A program made the position numbers and the translations under genes. A DNA stretch of 64,000 nt from Squalus acanthias (lineage: Eukaryota), in NCBI GenBank assembly GCA_030390025.1, contig JASTWF010000302.1, forward strand, positions 434,001-498,000, in the 5' to 3' direction. The notes beneath the pieces were generated by a model that searched no databases, was not told the origin of the DNA, and worked only from the letters and a program-made list of their open reading frames with translations. Shown here in pieces: positions 10,901 to 22,000 of this stretch (position 1 is its first letter; each line of letters begins with the position of its first letter).

Positions 10901-13900
10901 GTAAATTTAAAGTTTGGCGATAGTGTAGAACTGGCGATATTGGATCAGCTTCCGTTACACACTCTCCCCATTCTCCTTTAACAGGCGGCTGATCCGATAT
11001 CACTTGTTTTACATTAGTGGCAAAAGTTAAGATGACTTCATTCATTCTATTGTGAAATGTGCGACTTTTATTGAAGTTGAAAATAACTGTCGTTCTATCA
11101 TGTAGTTTCCCCTGAGGTCTCAGTTATTGCCAGGGCTGCTGATCGTTGGTTTCTCCATTGCATTGTGACTGGATTTTACCCGCAGTCCATCAGCGTTACC
11201 TGGTTGAAGAATGGAGAACATGCCCCCGAGACCAAATCTACTGGGTTATTACCCAATGAAGATGGGACGTATCAACTGACGACAACCCTTGAATTTGATC
11301 CGTATGATGGGAAACAATACTCCTGTCATATTGAGCACAGCAGCTTGCCGGGTGGGAAAACAGTCTCCTGGGGTAAGGACATGAGCAGCGATACTGAACA
11401 ATCCATCAATAATAGCAACAATCACCCACACCTGTCTTGCTCTTTCTCTCTTTTTCTTTACACATCAGACAACACTTTGGTTATCTCTGTACTTCAGGTT
11501 GTCTGTGACTGTTCCTCATTCGTTCTCTCTCTTTTAGTCCATTTCTGTTATCTTCTGACTCTTCCATAATCTGCACCCACCCCTCCTTGTGTGCTTCTCG
11601 CACACTTGCTTTCTCTCTATATCTTTCCCATTGCTTCTTGCTGTCTATCTCCACTCTGTACCCACACACCTCACACACCGCACGGTCTCAGAGTTAGATA
11701 ACAAATGAATCTCTGTACACAGTCTATCTGGATTAGAGAATGGATTAATCTGCATTCACCACCCACTCTCAGACATCAGACTCTTTATTTGCCCGACTTG
11801 CTGTTGCTTCACTCTTTGTTTCTGCTTTCTCATTGTTGTTCCCTTTCACTGTGGTGATGGATCTGCTCGGTTTCTGAGCTGGAACTTTTGCTCTGTGCTG
11901 AGCTATTTCACTCTCAGCCTCAGTGTGTTTTTGCTTCTCTTGTGTCTTTGTTGAGGTGGGGAATGAGGTGACGGGTCACTTTGGGATATGAGAGGAGGAG
12001 TGGGGAAGTGTTGTGAGGAAAGGTCATTAAAATGTAGTGCAGTGGGGGGAGGGGTGATAAAATAATGCGGCCTGGCGGCAAGGGTGGGTCTGAGGCTGGG
12101 CTCCTGAGGCGGGGATGTGCCGAAGTGCACTGGGAGCTGCAGGCAGGGAAGGTGGGGGCGGTGGGCTTTGCCCAGAAAGCAAAAATCTGCAGCAAGAATG
12201 AAGGTTGGGACAGGCGGGGCGGGTGGTGGACCCCAGGAATCAGCCTAGAAATTGCTGTTGGTGATTACCAGGGTCACCAAATGTCTCCAGGGGAACGTCC
12301 TGCTATTGGTTTAGACACAGCGGGGTAGATTTCCAACCTGCCGCCCGGGTGTAAAACCGGAGTTGCCTCCAATGGGAATGAAAAGCGGGCAGTTTGTGCG
12401 ACAGGCGGCTGATCCACAGCAGAAGGCTCACACCAGAGCGGCGCGGTGAAAATCTACCACAAATTGTTTAATAGATAACGGTGCTGCTCATTCAGGTCTC
12501 TCCATGGAAAGGTGCCTCCCTCAGGGGAGCAGGTAGGATGATCCTTCTGATCTGGAAATGTATTTCTGGTCGGTTACTGCGCTGATCCTCTGCTGAGGGC
12601 AATTTCCAGATGCTGTGGCCTAACCTGTGCAGGTCGCAGTTGTTTATAACAATCCCTTGAATTAGACAATCGGTTGATTAAAGTCAGTTTTATAAGCTGC
12701 ATATACACAGCTTCATATAATCAGATCTGTCTCTCTCNNNNNNNNNNNNNNNNNNNNNNNNNNNNNNNNNNNNNNNNNNNNNNNNNNNNNNNNNNNNNNN
12801 NNNNNNNNNNNNNNNNNNNNNNNNNNNNNNNNNNNNNNNNNNNNNNNNNNNNNNNNNNNNNNNNNNNNNNNNNNNNNNNNNNNNNNNNNNNNNNNNNNNN
12901 NNNNNNNNNNNNNNNNNNNNNNNNNNNNNNNNNNNNNNNNNNNNNNNNNNNNNNNNNNNNNNNNNNNNNNNNNNNNNNNNNNNNNNNNNNNNNNNNNNNN
13001 NNNNNNNNNNNNNNNNNNNNNNNNNNNNNNNNNNNNNNNNNNNNNNNNCGCTCNNNNNNNNNNNNNNNNNNNNNNNNNNNNNNNNNNNNNNNNNNNNNNN
13101 NNNNNNNNNNNNNNNNNNNNNNNNNNNNNNNNNNNNNNNNNNNNNNNNNNNNNNNNNNNNNNNNNNNNNNNNNNNNNNNNNNNNNNNNNNNNNNNTATCT
13201 CTCTATATATTTCTCTCTCGATTTCGATCTGAATATTTTGAAAATGTTGAGTGTGGTCAAGTTTCCAAAGCTGCTGCTCCATTCCAACAACATTAGGTGA
13301 CAGATTGAAAATGATAGGGTTCCACCTATTGTTGAACGATACCAGAAAGCTGCCTTTGCAGTATATTGAGAGCTCGAATTAAAGAAACGGAGTCTGTATG
13401 CAGTTACAGAATCGGACCACTGAGTGTCAATGTGGAGCATTCAGGGTTTTGGAGACAGCAGTCATGTTGCTATCGTTAAGTAAAAGAAGGTAAACATTTA
13501 ACTATCTGATTTAAATGTAAACTTTTATGTAGATAATTTGATTATTTACAATTCTCATGAGCGGCAGTCTTGCACCTTGAGCTCCCTCTCATCACACGGA
13601 GCTGTGGGGACGGTCAGAAGCTCGATCCCCCAGCCCTGGGAGCTGGCACAGTGGCATCATCTGTTCAACTGCCATTACTTACCCCTCATATTGCCCCTTT
13701 CACCAGTCCTGCAGACACAGGCCTCTGCTAGTTTCCTACATGGCTCCCCTTACACAGCGATCCATGGGGGGTTGCGGGGGAGGGGACAGCTGGCTTTCCC
13801 TCTGCCTCGCTGGGCACCACGACCACAACCCTTTTCCATTGTCCTCCCCGCTGCACATTCCTATCGCTGGCCCAGCCCCGATCAGTCTGGAATCCATGCT

Positions 13901-16900
13901 TCACTCTTCACAGCCATTGCTCCTTCCCCCACCAACCCTGACACCTTTACAGCCTGACCACCTCTCGTTGACTAGAACCTGTGTTTATTCACAAAAAGTG
14001 AACTTTGTGGTTTTAAAGAAACCTGGCTCCACCTTAGTGAGATAATACATTGTGCATTATATGGTGTGAGGATACGGTCCATAGAAAACAGCGCATCATC
14101 CTACTTACCATGAGCAGGGCCATAGGTTTCCACTGATTATATATAAAACTGTCAATCCGCACATATAATTATACAAACCTTGCTAATATTTTTCAGATGG
14201 AAAAGTAGAGAAAGACAAGCATGTGGGGCTGATTGTCGTGTGTGTGCTGGTGTCGCTGGCTTTCGTTATAGTTTTAATCCATATTTGGAGGAGAAAACGG
14301 AGAGGTAAATCGAGAGAATATGCTGCAGGCTTGTTTGTAAAAGTATGACACAGCGGCTTTACAGAAAATCTTTTGGCCGGCCCCAGGATTATATTTTGAA
14401 TTTTAAATATCTGTTATAAAAAAAAACTTGCATTTATATCGCGCGCCTTTCACGACCTCAGGACGTCCCAAAGCGCTTTACAACCAATGAAGTGCTTTCA
14501 TTATAAGTGTAGTCACTGTTGTAATGTAAGAAACGCGGCAGCCAAGTTGCGCACAGGGATCTTTTACATCCACCTGAGAGGGCAGATTGGGTCTCGGTTT
14601 AACGTCCCAGCTAAAGATGGCACCACCGACAGTGCAGCTCTCCCTCAGCACTGCACTGGTGTGTCAGTCCAGATTTTACTGCTCAAGTCTCTGGAGTGGG
14701 ATTAAATTGGTTAATTTGTTAACTTCTGTAAGAACAACTGGAATTTTATCGAGGAAAAGTGAGTAATGGAATTCTAACTTTAATCACACGAGGTACAGAA
14801 CGTAACAGCCAAGAAGTAAATATGGGCCTCTATAAAACCTTAAAACCGGAGTTAGAACACTGTGTGCAGTATAGAATTTCACGCGATAGGGGGGATATTG
14901 AGCTTTCGAGAAGCTACAAGGTGGATTCACTAGGATGCTGCCCGATAGAAGGAAACACAAATACAAGGAAAGACTTGGAAAATGCGCATTTTTATTAGAA
15001 CAATGCATATTACGGGTGATATAATAGAAGTGTTTAAAATGATGGAAGGATGGCTCAGGGTAGATATAAGCATACTGTTTCCAGTAGTTGAGGGTCAAGA
15101 ATGAAGGGTTATAGATACCAGGTTAAATGTTAGAGATTTAGAACAGAGGGTAGGAGACGATTCTTTTCACAGAGCGTTGTGAGGCTGTGGAATCCATTTC
15201 CAGTGAGAGAAGTTGAGGCAGAAACTATGGCAACATTTAAGATTAGATTGAGAAGTTGGACAAAGGGAAAAGGGGTTTAAGGGATATGAGAACAGGGTGG
15301 GTAAATGTGATTAGTAATATTTACTGGTGTGGAGAGTAAATGCTGATACGCACTGGTTCGGACAAAGGATCTCTTTCCATGTTGTATCTTCTACTTTATT
15401 CGATATGCACGTGTCCCAAGTGTAGTGAAATTAAAATCCAGTTCTTTATGAACAAATTTAGGGGGTGAAATTGGGCGATAACACAAAATAGCCACTAGTA
15501 AACCGGCTGCCATTTCATTGAAGTCAATAGAAAAGCCCATGGGGTAGGTGTGTAACTGGCTGGTGATTCGCTATCGCCATTAGGCGCTACCGCCTGAGCC
15601 CAATTTCACCCCATTAAGTTTTCTAACAGGTGGCCCACACATGAAAACTTTCCCCATGGTAACACCATCAGCATCAACATGAATTTATGTTTGATTGATC
15701 TGTTAAGACGGAAGCATACGTGCTAATAACCCTTATTATCAATACCATCGTATTATTGCAAGCGTTCTCTCTGAACATGTGTCTTTTCAGAACAAGGCAG
15801 ACATTTCAAATACTTCCTTAAGCAGCACCACCAACTCCTGCAAATCAAAAAACCCAGGTTTAAGAAAGGAGGTCAGCATCACAGTCCATGGAAAGGGTAA
15901 TTTCCTCTGGAACGTTTTAAAGGTGAACCTTAACTCCTAGTGGTGAATGAAAGGGGGCTGACAGGACACAGATCCACACTAATTGTCTCAGTGACAATGC
16001 AAGTTTAATAACCTTCCTGATTCAGTATTGTAGCGAGTACTTCATCTTCCCAAAGGCCACATTCATACTGCAGCCTGAGGATCCCTGAGGGATGGTTTGG
16101 CTTAACGCCAGATGTTTTAGTGTAAATCCAGACTCAGGACCCCACCTGACTACCAGGTGAAGTAGAGGGAGACTGCCTCCTCCAGAATATCCCTTCGCAC
16201 CAAATCTAATGTTGTGATGTAAATGGTTTCCGAGTGGCATTAAGATAAATGGTGGAAATATAATCAGAAGATCACAAAGCAGACTGGAACTCCCAGGCGT
16301 TAAACACCTTCCGTCAGATTTCATTTCCCGGAGTGCCTCATTAAGGCAAATATTGTCCGTCCCTACTGTGGTCATTGCACCTTCATAGGGGCAGGACAGG
16401 GTGGAGAGGCATTGGGTGTCATTTTCAGATTAGGAGATAGTGTAAAACAGGCGTCATCGGATCAGCGACCCGTTACACAACTCTCCCAACTTTCCTTCCC
16501 ATTGATCTCAAGGAAAGGACAATCGGGAGAGGTGTATAACAGATACCCGACCCGATATCGTCCATTTTACATTAACGCCAACAATTAAAATGACCTCCAT
16601 TGGGGTATAAATTTGTCTTGCGCGGTAGTTCAAATCGGGAGGAGTGTCCTGGCAGAAAAATGGGAGAGAGCCACTTGGTAGCAAATTGAGCGATAGCGAC
16701 TTGGCAGCAAAACAGGAGAGAGCGACTTGGCAACTAAATGGGAGAGAGCAACTTGGAGGGAAATTGGGCGACAGCGACTTGGCAGCCGGGCAGTCCGGAG
16801 GGCAAACAGGTCTCTCCGGTTTCATCGCCTGTGGAACTGACTGGACCCTGCACAACATTAACGGAACGATAAGGCTACCGGCCTCCAGGGGAAGGTAGTG

Positions 16901-17098
16901 TGAATCGACCGCTCTTTAGGCCCGCTACTCCTGTGCACTAAACTAACTGCCTCTGAGCTACCTATAAGGGGAAGAACCATGAAAAGAGAATGAACAAGTC
17001 ACTTCATTCTCTGTACTGTGCTCTGCACCTTCATCTCGGGATTGTCTAACATATGGATTTCACTCCCTAGATTACAACGGTGTTTAACCAGAACCTGA
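1893..17098 (+). CDS. MHC class I heavy chain, probably nonclassical; multi-exon gene (3' exons uncertain)
   Basis: Five exons with GT-AG boundaries, all phase 1, splice into one open frame: leader, alpha1 (87 codons), alpha2 (92), alpha3 (89), TM (36). Candidate cytoplasmic exons follow. Confidence 0.93.
2722..2907. mobile_element. Palindromic MITE, short family
   Basis: Imperfect TIRs GGGCTCATGTTGACTCTGTGAGAT / ATCGCACAAAGTCAAGATCGAGCCC; core ATTGAGTTCAATGG. Confidence 0.7.
3066..3335 (+). mobile_element. CR1-type LINE 3' end fragments
   Basis: MEAGLTVTLKKESDKYLKGK resembles the CR1 ORF2 end; tails GGGCCGAATGGGCTCCTTCTGTGCTGT and GGCTCGAGGGGCTGAATGGCCTCCTCCTGTTCCTA. Confidence 0.7.
4277..4369. 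repeat. Three tandem copies of a ~30-bp unit
   Basis: CCCCGGTTTAGTCCGGGTTACACTGACTG / CCCCGTGTTTCGTCTGGGATACAATGACTG / CCCCGGTGTTTAGTCCGGGATACACCGACTG. Confidence 0.85.
6233..6493 (+). CDS. MHC class I exon 2 (alpha1 domain)
   Basis: CCTAG|AG acceptor, A|GTGAGT donor; translates ESHSLLYYYTLNHGSADLPEYSFMGLLDGCEIDYYDKNMKITVPRQQWMAEAFEKSYWDEYTITQAGFHGIIKGQVDRWLQQNNQTS, with HSL..Y, LDG..I.YYD, PRQQWM, YWD and the N86-type sequon NQT. Confidence 0.95.
6531..6709. mobile_element. Palindromic MITE, short family, 37 bp after the alpha1 donor
   Basis: GGGGTCATTT...GATAGTGTAA start, CCATTGACTTCAA core, TTTTACAC...ATTAACCCC end. Confidence 0.7.
7120..7580 (-). mobile_element. Tx1/L1-clade LINE 3' fragment
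   Basis: Minus ORF 7137-7580 (EESVFQVYIECERL...LLLDLAKVAINWSRRRAVEG...DRWAPQGLEC) resembles a decayed C-terminal zinc-knuckle region of Tx1-like ORF2. Confidence 0.65.
8204..8389. mobile_element. Palindromic MITE, short family
   Basis: GGAGTAAATTTT...AGTGTAAAATGAGCGATAT mirrored by ATATCGCCCATTTTACACT...AAAATTACCCC. Confidence 0.75.
8728..9680 (-). mobile_element. Two adjacent CR1-type LINE 3' fragments (about 8728-9070 and 9117-9680)
   Basis: Tails ATAGAATCATAAAATAATACAGCACAGAA and AAGAACATAAGAACTTAAGAACA, each followed by sequence homologous to the CR1 copy at 18-560. Confidence 0.85.
10603..10878 (+). CDS. MHC class I exon 3 (alpha2 domain)
   Basis: TTCTAG|GT acceptor, G|GTAAGT donor; STHYLQGLFGCELNDANPSVGILKFAYDGRYAFSFDKDKLVWTVHDPVAQTFKVKWDKETKMNLYFKSLLEKDCVDLWRTYYSLGNASLTRK, with the C101-C164 pair, AYDG and KW. 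Confidence 0.96.
10897..11039. mobile_element. Palindromic MITE filling most of the alpha2-alpha3 intron
   Basis: GGGGGTAAATTTAAAGTTTGGCGATAGTGTAG start and GATATCACTTGTTTTACATTAGTGGCAAAAGTTAAG mirror; same family as 6531-6709. Confidence 0.65.
11106..11372 (+). CDS. MHC class I exon 4 (alpha3, C1-set Ig domain)
   Basis: TGTAG|TT acceptor, G|GTAAGG donor; VSPEVSV...LHCIVTGFYPQSISVTWLKNG...LPNEDGTYQL...YSCHIEHSSL...VSW. Confidence 0.97.
12738..13195. other. N-masked or gap region, probably a (CT)n-type low-complexity tract
   Basis: Run of N flanked by CTCTCTC and TATCTCTCT, with a 5-base CGCTC island at 13049-13053; this looks more like hard-masking than a scaffold gap. Confidence 0.7.
14197..14304 (+). 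CDS. MHC class I exon 5 (connecting peptide and transmembrane)
   Basis: TTTTTCAG|AT acceptor, G|GTAAAT donor, 108 nt, phase 1-1; DGKVEKDKHVGLIVVCVLVSLAFVIVLIHIWRRKRR (hydrophobic helix plus basic stop-transfer). Confidence 0.92.
14417..14703 (-). mobile_element. DeuSINE (SacSINE1/AmnSINE1-like)
   Basis: Reverse complement contains a Deu-domain-like string CTGAGGGAGAGCTGCACTGTCGGTGGTGCCATCTTT...ACGTTAAACCGAGACCC...CCCTCTCAGGTGGATGTAAAAGATCCC and the tail ATATAAATGCAAG. Confidence 0.75.
14750..15395 (+). mobile_element. Old, degenerate CR1-type LINE 3' fragment
   Basis: LYKTLKPELEHCVQ remnant; TTCACAGAGCGTTGTGAGGCTGTGGAATCC is the TQRVV.LWN equivalent. Confidence 0.7.
15791..15896 (+). CDS. 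Candidate MHC class I cytoplasmic exon 6 (reading frame ambiguous)
   Basis: Unique sequence with acceptor GTCTTTTCAG| and donor AAAGG|GTAATT; open in two frames (see findings). Confidence 0.55.
16414..16598. mobile_element. Palindromic MITE, short family
   Basis: GGGTGTCATTTTCAGATTAGGAGATAGTGTAAAAC mirrored by CCATTTTACATTAACGCCAACAATTAAAATGACCTCC; core CCCATTGATCTCAAGG. Confidence 0.72.
16662..16787. repeat. Minisatellite, ~26-bp unit, about 5 copies
   Basis: Repeats of the pattern GGGAGAGAGCGACTTGGCAGCAAAAY. Confidence 0.8.
17071..17098 (+). CDS. Candidate terminal MHC class I exon (stop at 17085-17087 or 17096-17098 depending on phase)
   Basis: Branch-point-like CTAAC at 17046-17050 and acceptor TTTCACTCCCTAG|; candidate polyA signal AATAAA at 18296-18301 with a GT-rich stretch downstream. 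Confidence 0.5.
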
Positions 17099-17162
17099 GA
17101 GGGTCAAACGCGAGTCTTGCATTGGATCCAAGAACACACTAAAATAATCATCGTGAATCCTA

Positions 17163-18122
17163 GGAACATATGAACATAGGAATTGGAGGAGGCCATTTAG
17201 CCCCTGGAGCCTGCTCCGCCATTCAATGAGTTCCTGGCTGATCTGCGAGCTAACTCCATATACCCACCTTTGACCCATATCTCTTAATACCTGTGGTTAA
17301 CAGAAAGGTATCAAGCTACGATTTAATATTAACAATTACTCTTGCATCAATTGCCGTTTGCGGCACAGTGTTCCAAACTTCTAGCAGCCTTTGTGTGTAG
17401 ACGTGTTTCCTAATTTCACTGCTGAAAGATCTGGCTCTATTTTTTAGATTATGCCCCCTAGTCCTAGAATTCCCAACCAGTGGAAATAGTTTTTCTCCAT
17501 ATACCCTATCTGTATCACTTAATACCTTGAAAAATTCGATCAGATCATCTCTTAACCTTCTAAATTCTAGGGAATACAAACCTAATTTGTGTAATCTCTC
17601 CTCGTAACTTAACCCTTGAAGTCTGGGTATCATTCTGGTAAACCTATACTGCACTCCCTGCAAGGCCAATAAGTGCTTCCTAAGGTGTGTTGCCCAGAAC
17701 TGCTCACAATACTCCAGGTGTGGTCTAACTAGGGTTTTGTATAGCTGCAGCATAACTTCTACCCCTTGTATTTTAGTCCTCTAGGTATAAAGGCCAGCAT
17801 CCCATTAGCCTTTTAGATTATTGTCTGTAACTGTTGATGACATTTTAATGATCTACGTACCTGGACGCCAAAGTCTCTTTGGACCTCCACTGTTTGTAGC
17901 ATTCGCTATTTAGAAAGTACCCTGATCTATCCTTTTTAGGTCAAAAGTGAATGAGCTCACATTTACCTACAATAAAATCCATTTGCCACAGTTTTGGCCG
18001 TTCACTTAATCTGTCGATATCCCTTTGTAATTTTATGCTTCCATCTACAATGCATACAATTTCACCTATCTTTGTGTCGTCGGCAAATTTGGATATATGT
18101 CTTTCTATGTATTCATCTAAGT
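17163..18122 (-). mobile_element. CR1-type LINE 3' fragment (RT)
   Basis: ISKFADDTKIG, WQMDFIVGKCELIHF, LYKTLVRPHLEYC, RRLRDDLIEFFKVL. Confidence 0.93.
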
Positions 18123-19055
18123 GCAATTGCTTTATTACTGAAACAACTCAATTTGCATAAACATTTCACCCCTGACTTATATTTCAGTCACTTTATCAAA
18201 ATATTACTAACTTGTTTAACATTGAAGGAACATTGTCAAATCACATCTATAATTGCGCAAACTGGCGCTTTAGACATTACATAAAGGCGGCACGGAATAA
18301 AGGCACGCCAGGGATTTTAAAACATGTTTTGTTATTATTTATACCTTCCTAATTAGTACAATTGACTCCAACATTGGCCTCAGGTAGACACTCTCCACTT
18401 GTGAGTAGAAACAGTGCCTGCAAACACTGTTCAATTACTGGAAACACAGCCGAGCCCCATCCTGTCCATACACTCACATTTCACCAGCAGCATCGTCAAC
18501 ACAGTGGTCCGGAGCAGTTCCCGAGGCCACTTCTCCCTCTGTAACTGAAGGGAGCGAAGCCAGTGTAATACTCTGCTGCTAACCCTGTGGTTACAATGGG
18601 AATGAGAATAAGACGGTTTCTATCACCGGTGGACAATCTGCAACATCGGTTTCAGGCCCCTGCGGCAAGATGAAAATCTTCGCCAGAGTCAAGTTGAAAG
18701 TTACAATATCACACAAGTAAAAAGGGATTTAGGAAACCTTTTGCAGGGAACTCTCCACTTAGGCGTGGAGCAAATTGGGGAGAATTGGATCACCTGTTGT
18801 CTATAAACGCCATTGACCTCGCTCCCGCCAGAGGTGAAAGTTCTATCGACCGGGGGTGAAATTCACCTTCAGCAGCGGCGCAAAACGGGCGGCAGCAGGT
18901 CGGCCGCTGATTACACACCCTCCCGACTTTCCTCTCCATTAAACTATACCGAAAATAACATCGTGTTGGGCGAATAACAGGCGGCTGATCGGCTGCTGCC
19001 CGTGTTGAATAATTAAGATGGAAGCGAGTTTGAATTCTTTGTAGTCAGCTCTGGT

Positions 19056-22000
19056 GGGCTGGATTTTGATTCAGGGGCGGGCTGGTGCCGTGTAATCCGC
19101 ATTTCGTGTTAGCCAACCGAATCTAAATCGATGTGGGAGGTTGATGCGATTTTAACATAATTGGCCAATTGAGTTCCAACGTGTGGGAACCCATGGCCAG
19201 TGAGTTTTTCCAGTCTGAAAGTCGCTTGCGATGACGTCTTCATTGCTGCAGCATGTAAGGTCTGCAACAAGCCTTGCTTCCTCTGCAGACTGCCAATCTT
19301 CTGCCTTTGCATGTTAGAGGCACCTGCAGGAAGAATGGCCAGCCAGAGACGTAGGTCTGCACCTCGATTTGATGACGTCGCCCTGCAAGCTTTAATTGAG
19401 GGAGACAGAGCTAATAAGGAGGTGCTGTCCCTTTCTTCAGGGAGGAAGAAGCCTTCCCATCAAACCAAGGCTGTGTGGATCCAGGTGGCAGAGGAGGTCA
19501 GCTCATTGTCCATAACCCGCAGAACCTGGCTTCAGTGCAGGAAGAGGTTTCATGACCTGCTGCGCACTGGAAAAGTGAGTATGAATTTCCCATCACCCTC
19601 ATTCTGATCCCCATTGCCTCTCCTCACCAGCACTCAGCTTTGACAACCTCTTCCTCCACATCCCACTTGACACTGATATCACTGCACCCTTACCCATTCC
19701 CTCTCTCTGTATGGTCACATTCTCCTAACTATTCGACTATGCAGCCCTCACACTCCCTATCGCTGTGTTGCGATGAAAACAACTTACAACACACAAGGAG
19801 GGCCCATGATCTTGCCACCTCACTCCGATTTGTCTCCTTCTAACCATCAATGATATAGATTCTCTATACTCACTCCTTCATTCTCACTCAAACTCCACTT
19901 GTCTCCCTCATTGCAGGAAAAGAAAGCTCACAATAAGAGGGAAAGTGCGAGGACAGGAGGAGGGCCACCCTCAGTAGCCCAGCTCATCCCCTGGGAGGAG
20001 GCGGTCCTGGAGATCATGTGATTGGAGGAGCATGTGCAAGTGGGGGACGGACAGACGGGTGCATCAGAGCAAGCTGGTGACAGAATAGTTCATCAACTGT
20101 CTCATTGACATTTCATGAGTCACTGATAAGGATTCTGATGCTCCAGCAGACTGACTTCTGATCATCTGCAATATGCAATGTGCATGTAACCTTGGACTCA
20201 CATCTCTGACACTTTCGTTTACTCCCCCCCAGGACCATCGCGAGCACCCATCCCCACCATCCAGGAGGAAGAGCATGAGCCTCACGACTCCTCAGAGCTG
20301 CAACCTCTGAGGTCGCCGCGTCAGCAGAATTCAGCGCACCCAGCACCAGCGCAGACACTCTCACCTCGGAGGGAACATCGCGAGATAGAGTAGTGTTGTC
20401 ACCTGGTGTATCACAGCTCACAAGTGAGCATCAGCAGATAGTGGAGACAGGGACAGCAGTGGAGAGTCCTAGTCGGAGGGTGCAGGACTCTCCTAGCTCG
20501 GCTCAGCTGCTTGTCGACCTCTGCCTCTGGATCCATCCATAAGATCAGCGGTGCTGGAACTCCAGGAACAGATACAGGAGTCTCTGGCAGGTTTTGTTTC
20601 CAGGGTCGCTGCGAGTGTGGAGCGAATGGAGGAGTCCATAGCAAACATGAGCAGAGATTTTGTGGTGTCATTGGCGCATGAACGCATTACCACGGAAAGG
20701 ATGGCAACCTCCGTGGAAAGGATGGCTACAGTAGAGGAGAGGATGGCTACGGCTATGGAGGAGATAAGTCGCCAGAGTGGAGAAAACATGGTCATTGTTC
20801 AGAATAGACTGGCATCTCTTGAGGAGCGATGGTCATCTATTGAACACAGAAACCAGACCGTCATGGAAGTCCTTCTGAGTAGGACTTCCAATGCAGATAC
20901 GGGTCCCCATGGCCCCTCTGATGTGCAGCAAGGTGCTCTCAATCTACTTGCCAGCGCTTAGGTGGGGCTTACCCATGAGAGGGTTGTTGGTGGCAGACAA
21001 CAAGGAAGCGGGGGCTCCTCTCCAAGCGTTCACACGACCAAGCCACTGCAAAACTCTCGGTCAGAGCCCCACCAGAGTCCTCACCCAATTGAGATCGGCG
21101 TCTCAACCCCTGCACAGCCGCAGGAGCAGCAGACTGTTGCCGAGCCCTCACAGGCTCGCAACCCCAGAGGACGCCCGCCAAAGGTGTCGAGGCAGGAGCA
21201 GCAAGAAAGTGACCAGGGGGCCTCCACATCTGCTGAAGCCACAGGGGAAGCAGCACGTAGGAGCACGCATAAAATAAAAATAATGCACAAGTAGTCACAA
21301 GGGTAGTTACTTGTGTGTAATGTTGTGTTTAATCTTGAAATGCCAGCACTTACTTGGTGTGATTAAAAATTCTGCTGGAAAACTGCTGAAGCTGTGGCGT
21401 CTCTCATTTCGCAAATGGGACTTCCACATTGAGGGCTTAGGATGACTTGCAATTGTCAGTATGGTGGTCAGAGTGATAGGAATCCGCAGGATCCTGGCCA
21501 TTGTCGATGGCCTGATAAGAAGGTGAGAGGCAAAAGTGTTTGATTGTGCAGGCTAAGCAAATCTGGTCAAGTGCGTCCCTTGCATCTCAGGCAGCAATGT
21601 GGTCGCGCGCTGGCGCCTTCTGGCCTGTGCAGCTTCAGGTGGGTGAGGAGCAGCTTGGCACGCCTGTTGATGCTGCTGCTGCTGGTGGTGCTGTTGTTCA
21701 TGGTTCTGCTGCTGCCACGGCTAGTCTTCGTCCGAATCTGATGTCCAGGAGGAAAGGAAATAAATGGTTCCCATGCTTCTGGTATATGCCACAGTTGAGG
21801 AAGCACTCAGTCAAGGTGGCGAGAGGGGTTTCCCAGGAGGTCACACTGGAGATGGGTGTCAGGCTCCAAACTTCCACAGCTGTGGTTATGCCAGATAAAA
21901 GTTCCCCCAGACCTCAGACAACAAAGTCCTGCCAACTGCAAATGATGGCTGATAACATCACCTATTTCATGGTTGAGCTGCAGCTGATAGTCAGCAATCC

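Noticed and set aside
11373-11569. Hydrophobic read-through of the alpha3 ORF as an alternative TM region
   Set aside because: It is CT-rich intron sequence after a good GTAAGG donor, and a proper TM exon exists at 14197-14304.
12674-13440. Long ORFs of 189-239 aa spanning the N block
   Set aside because: Artefacts of translating N; no coding evidence.
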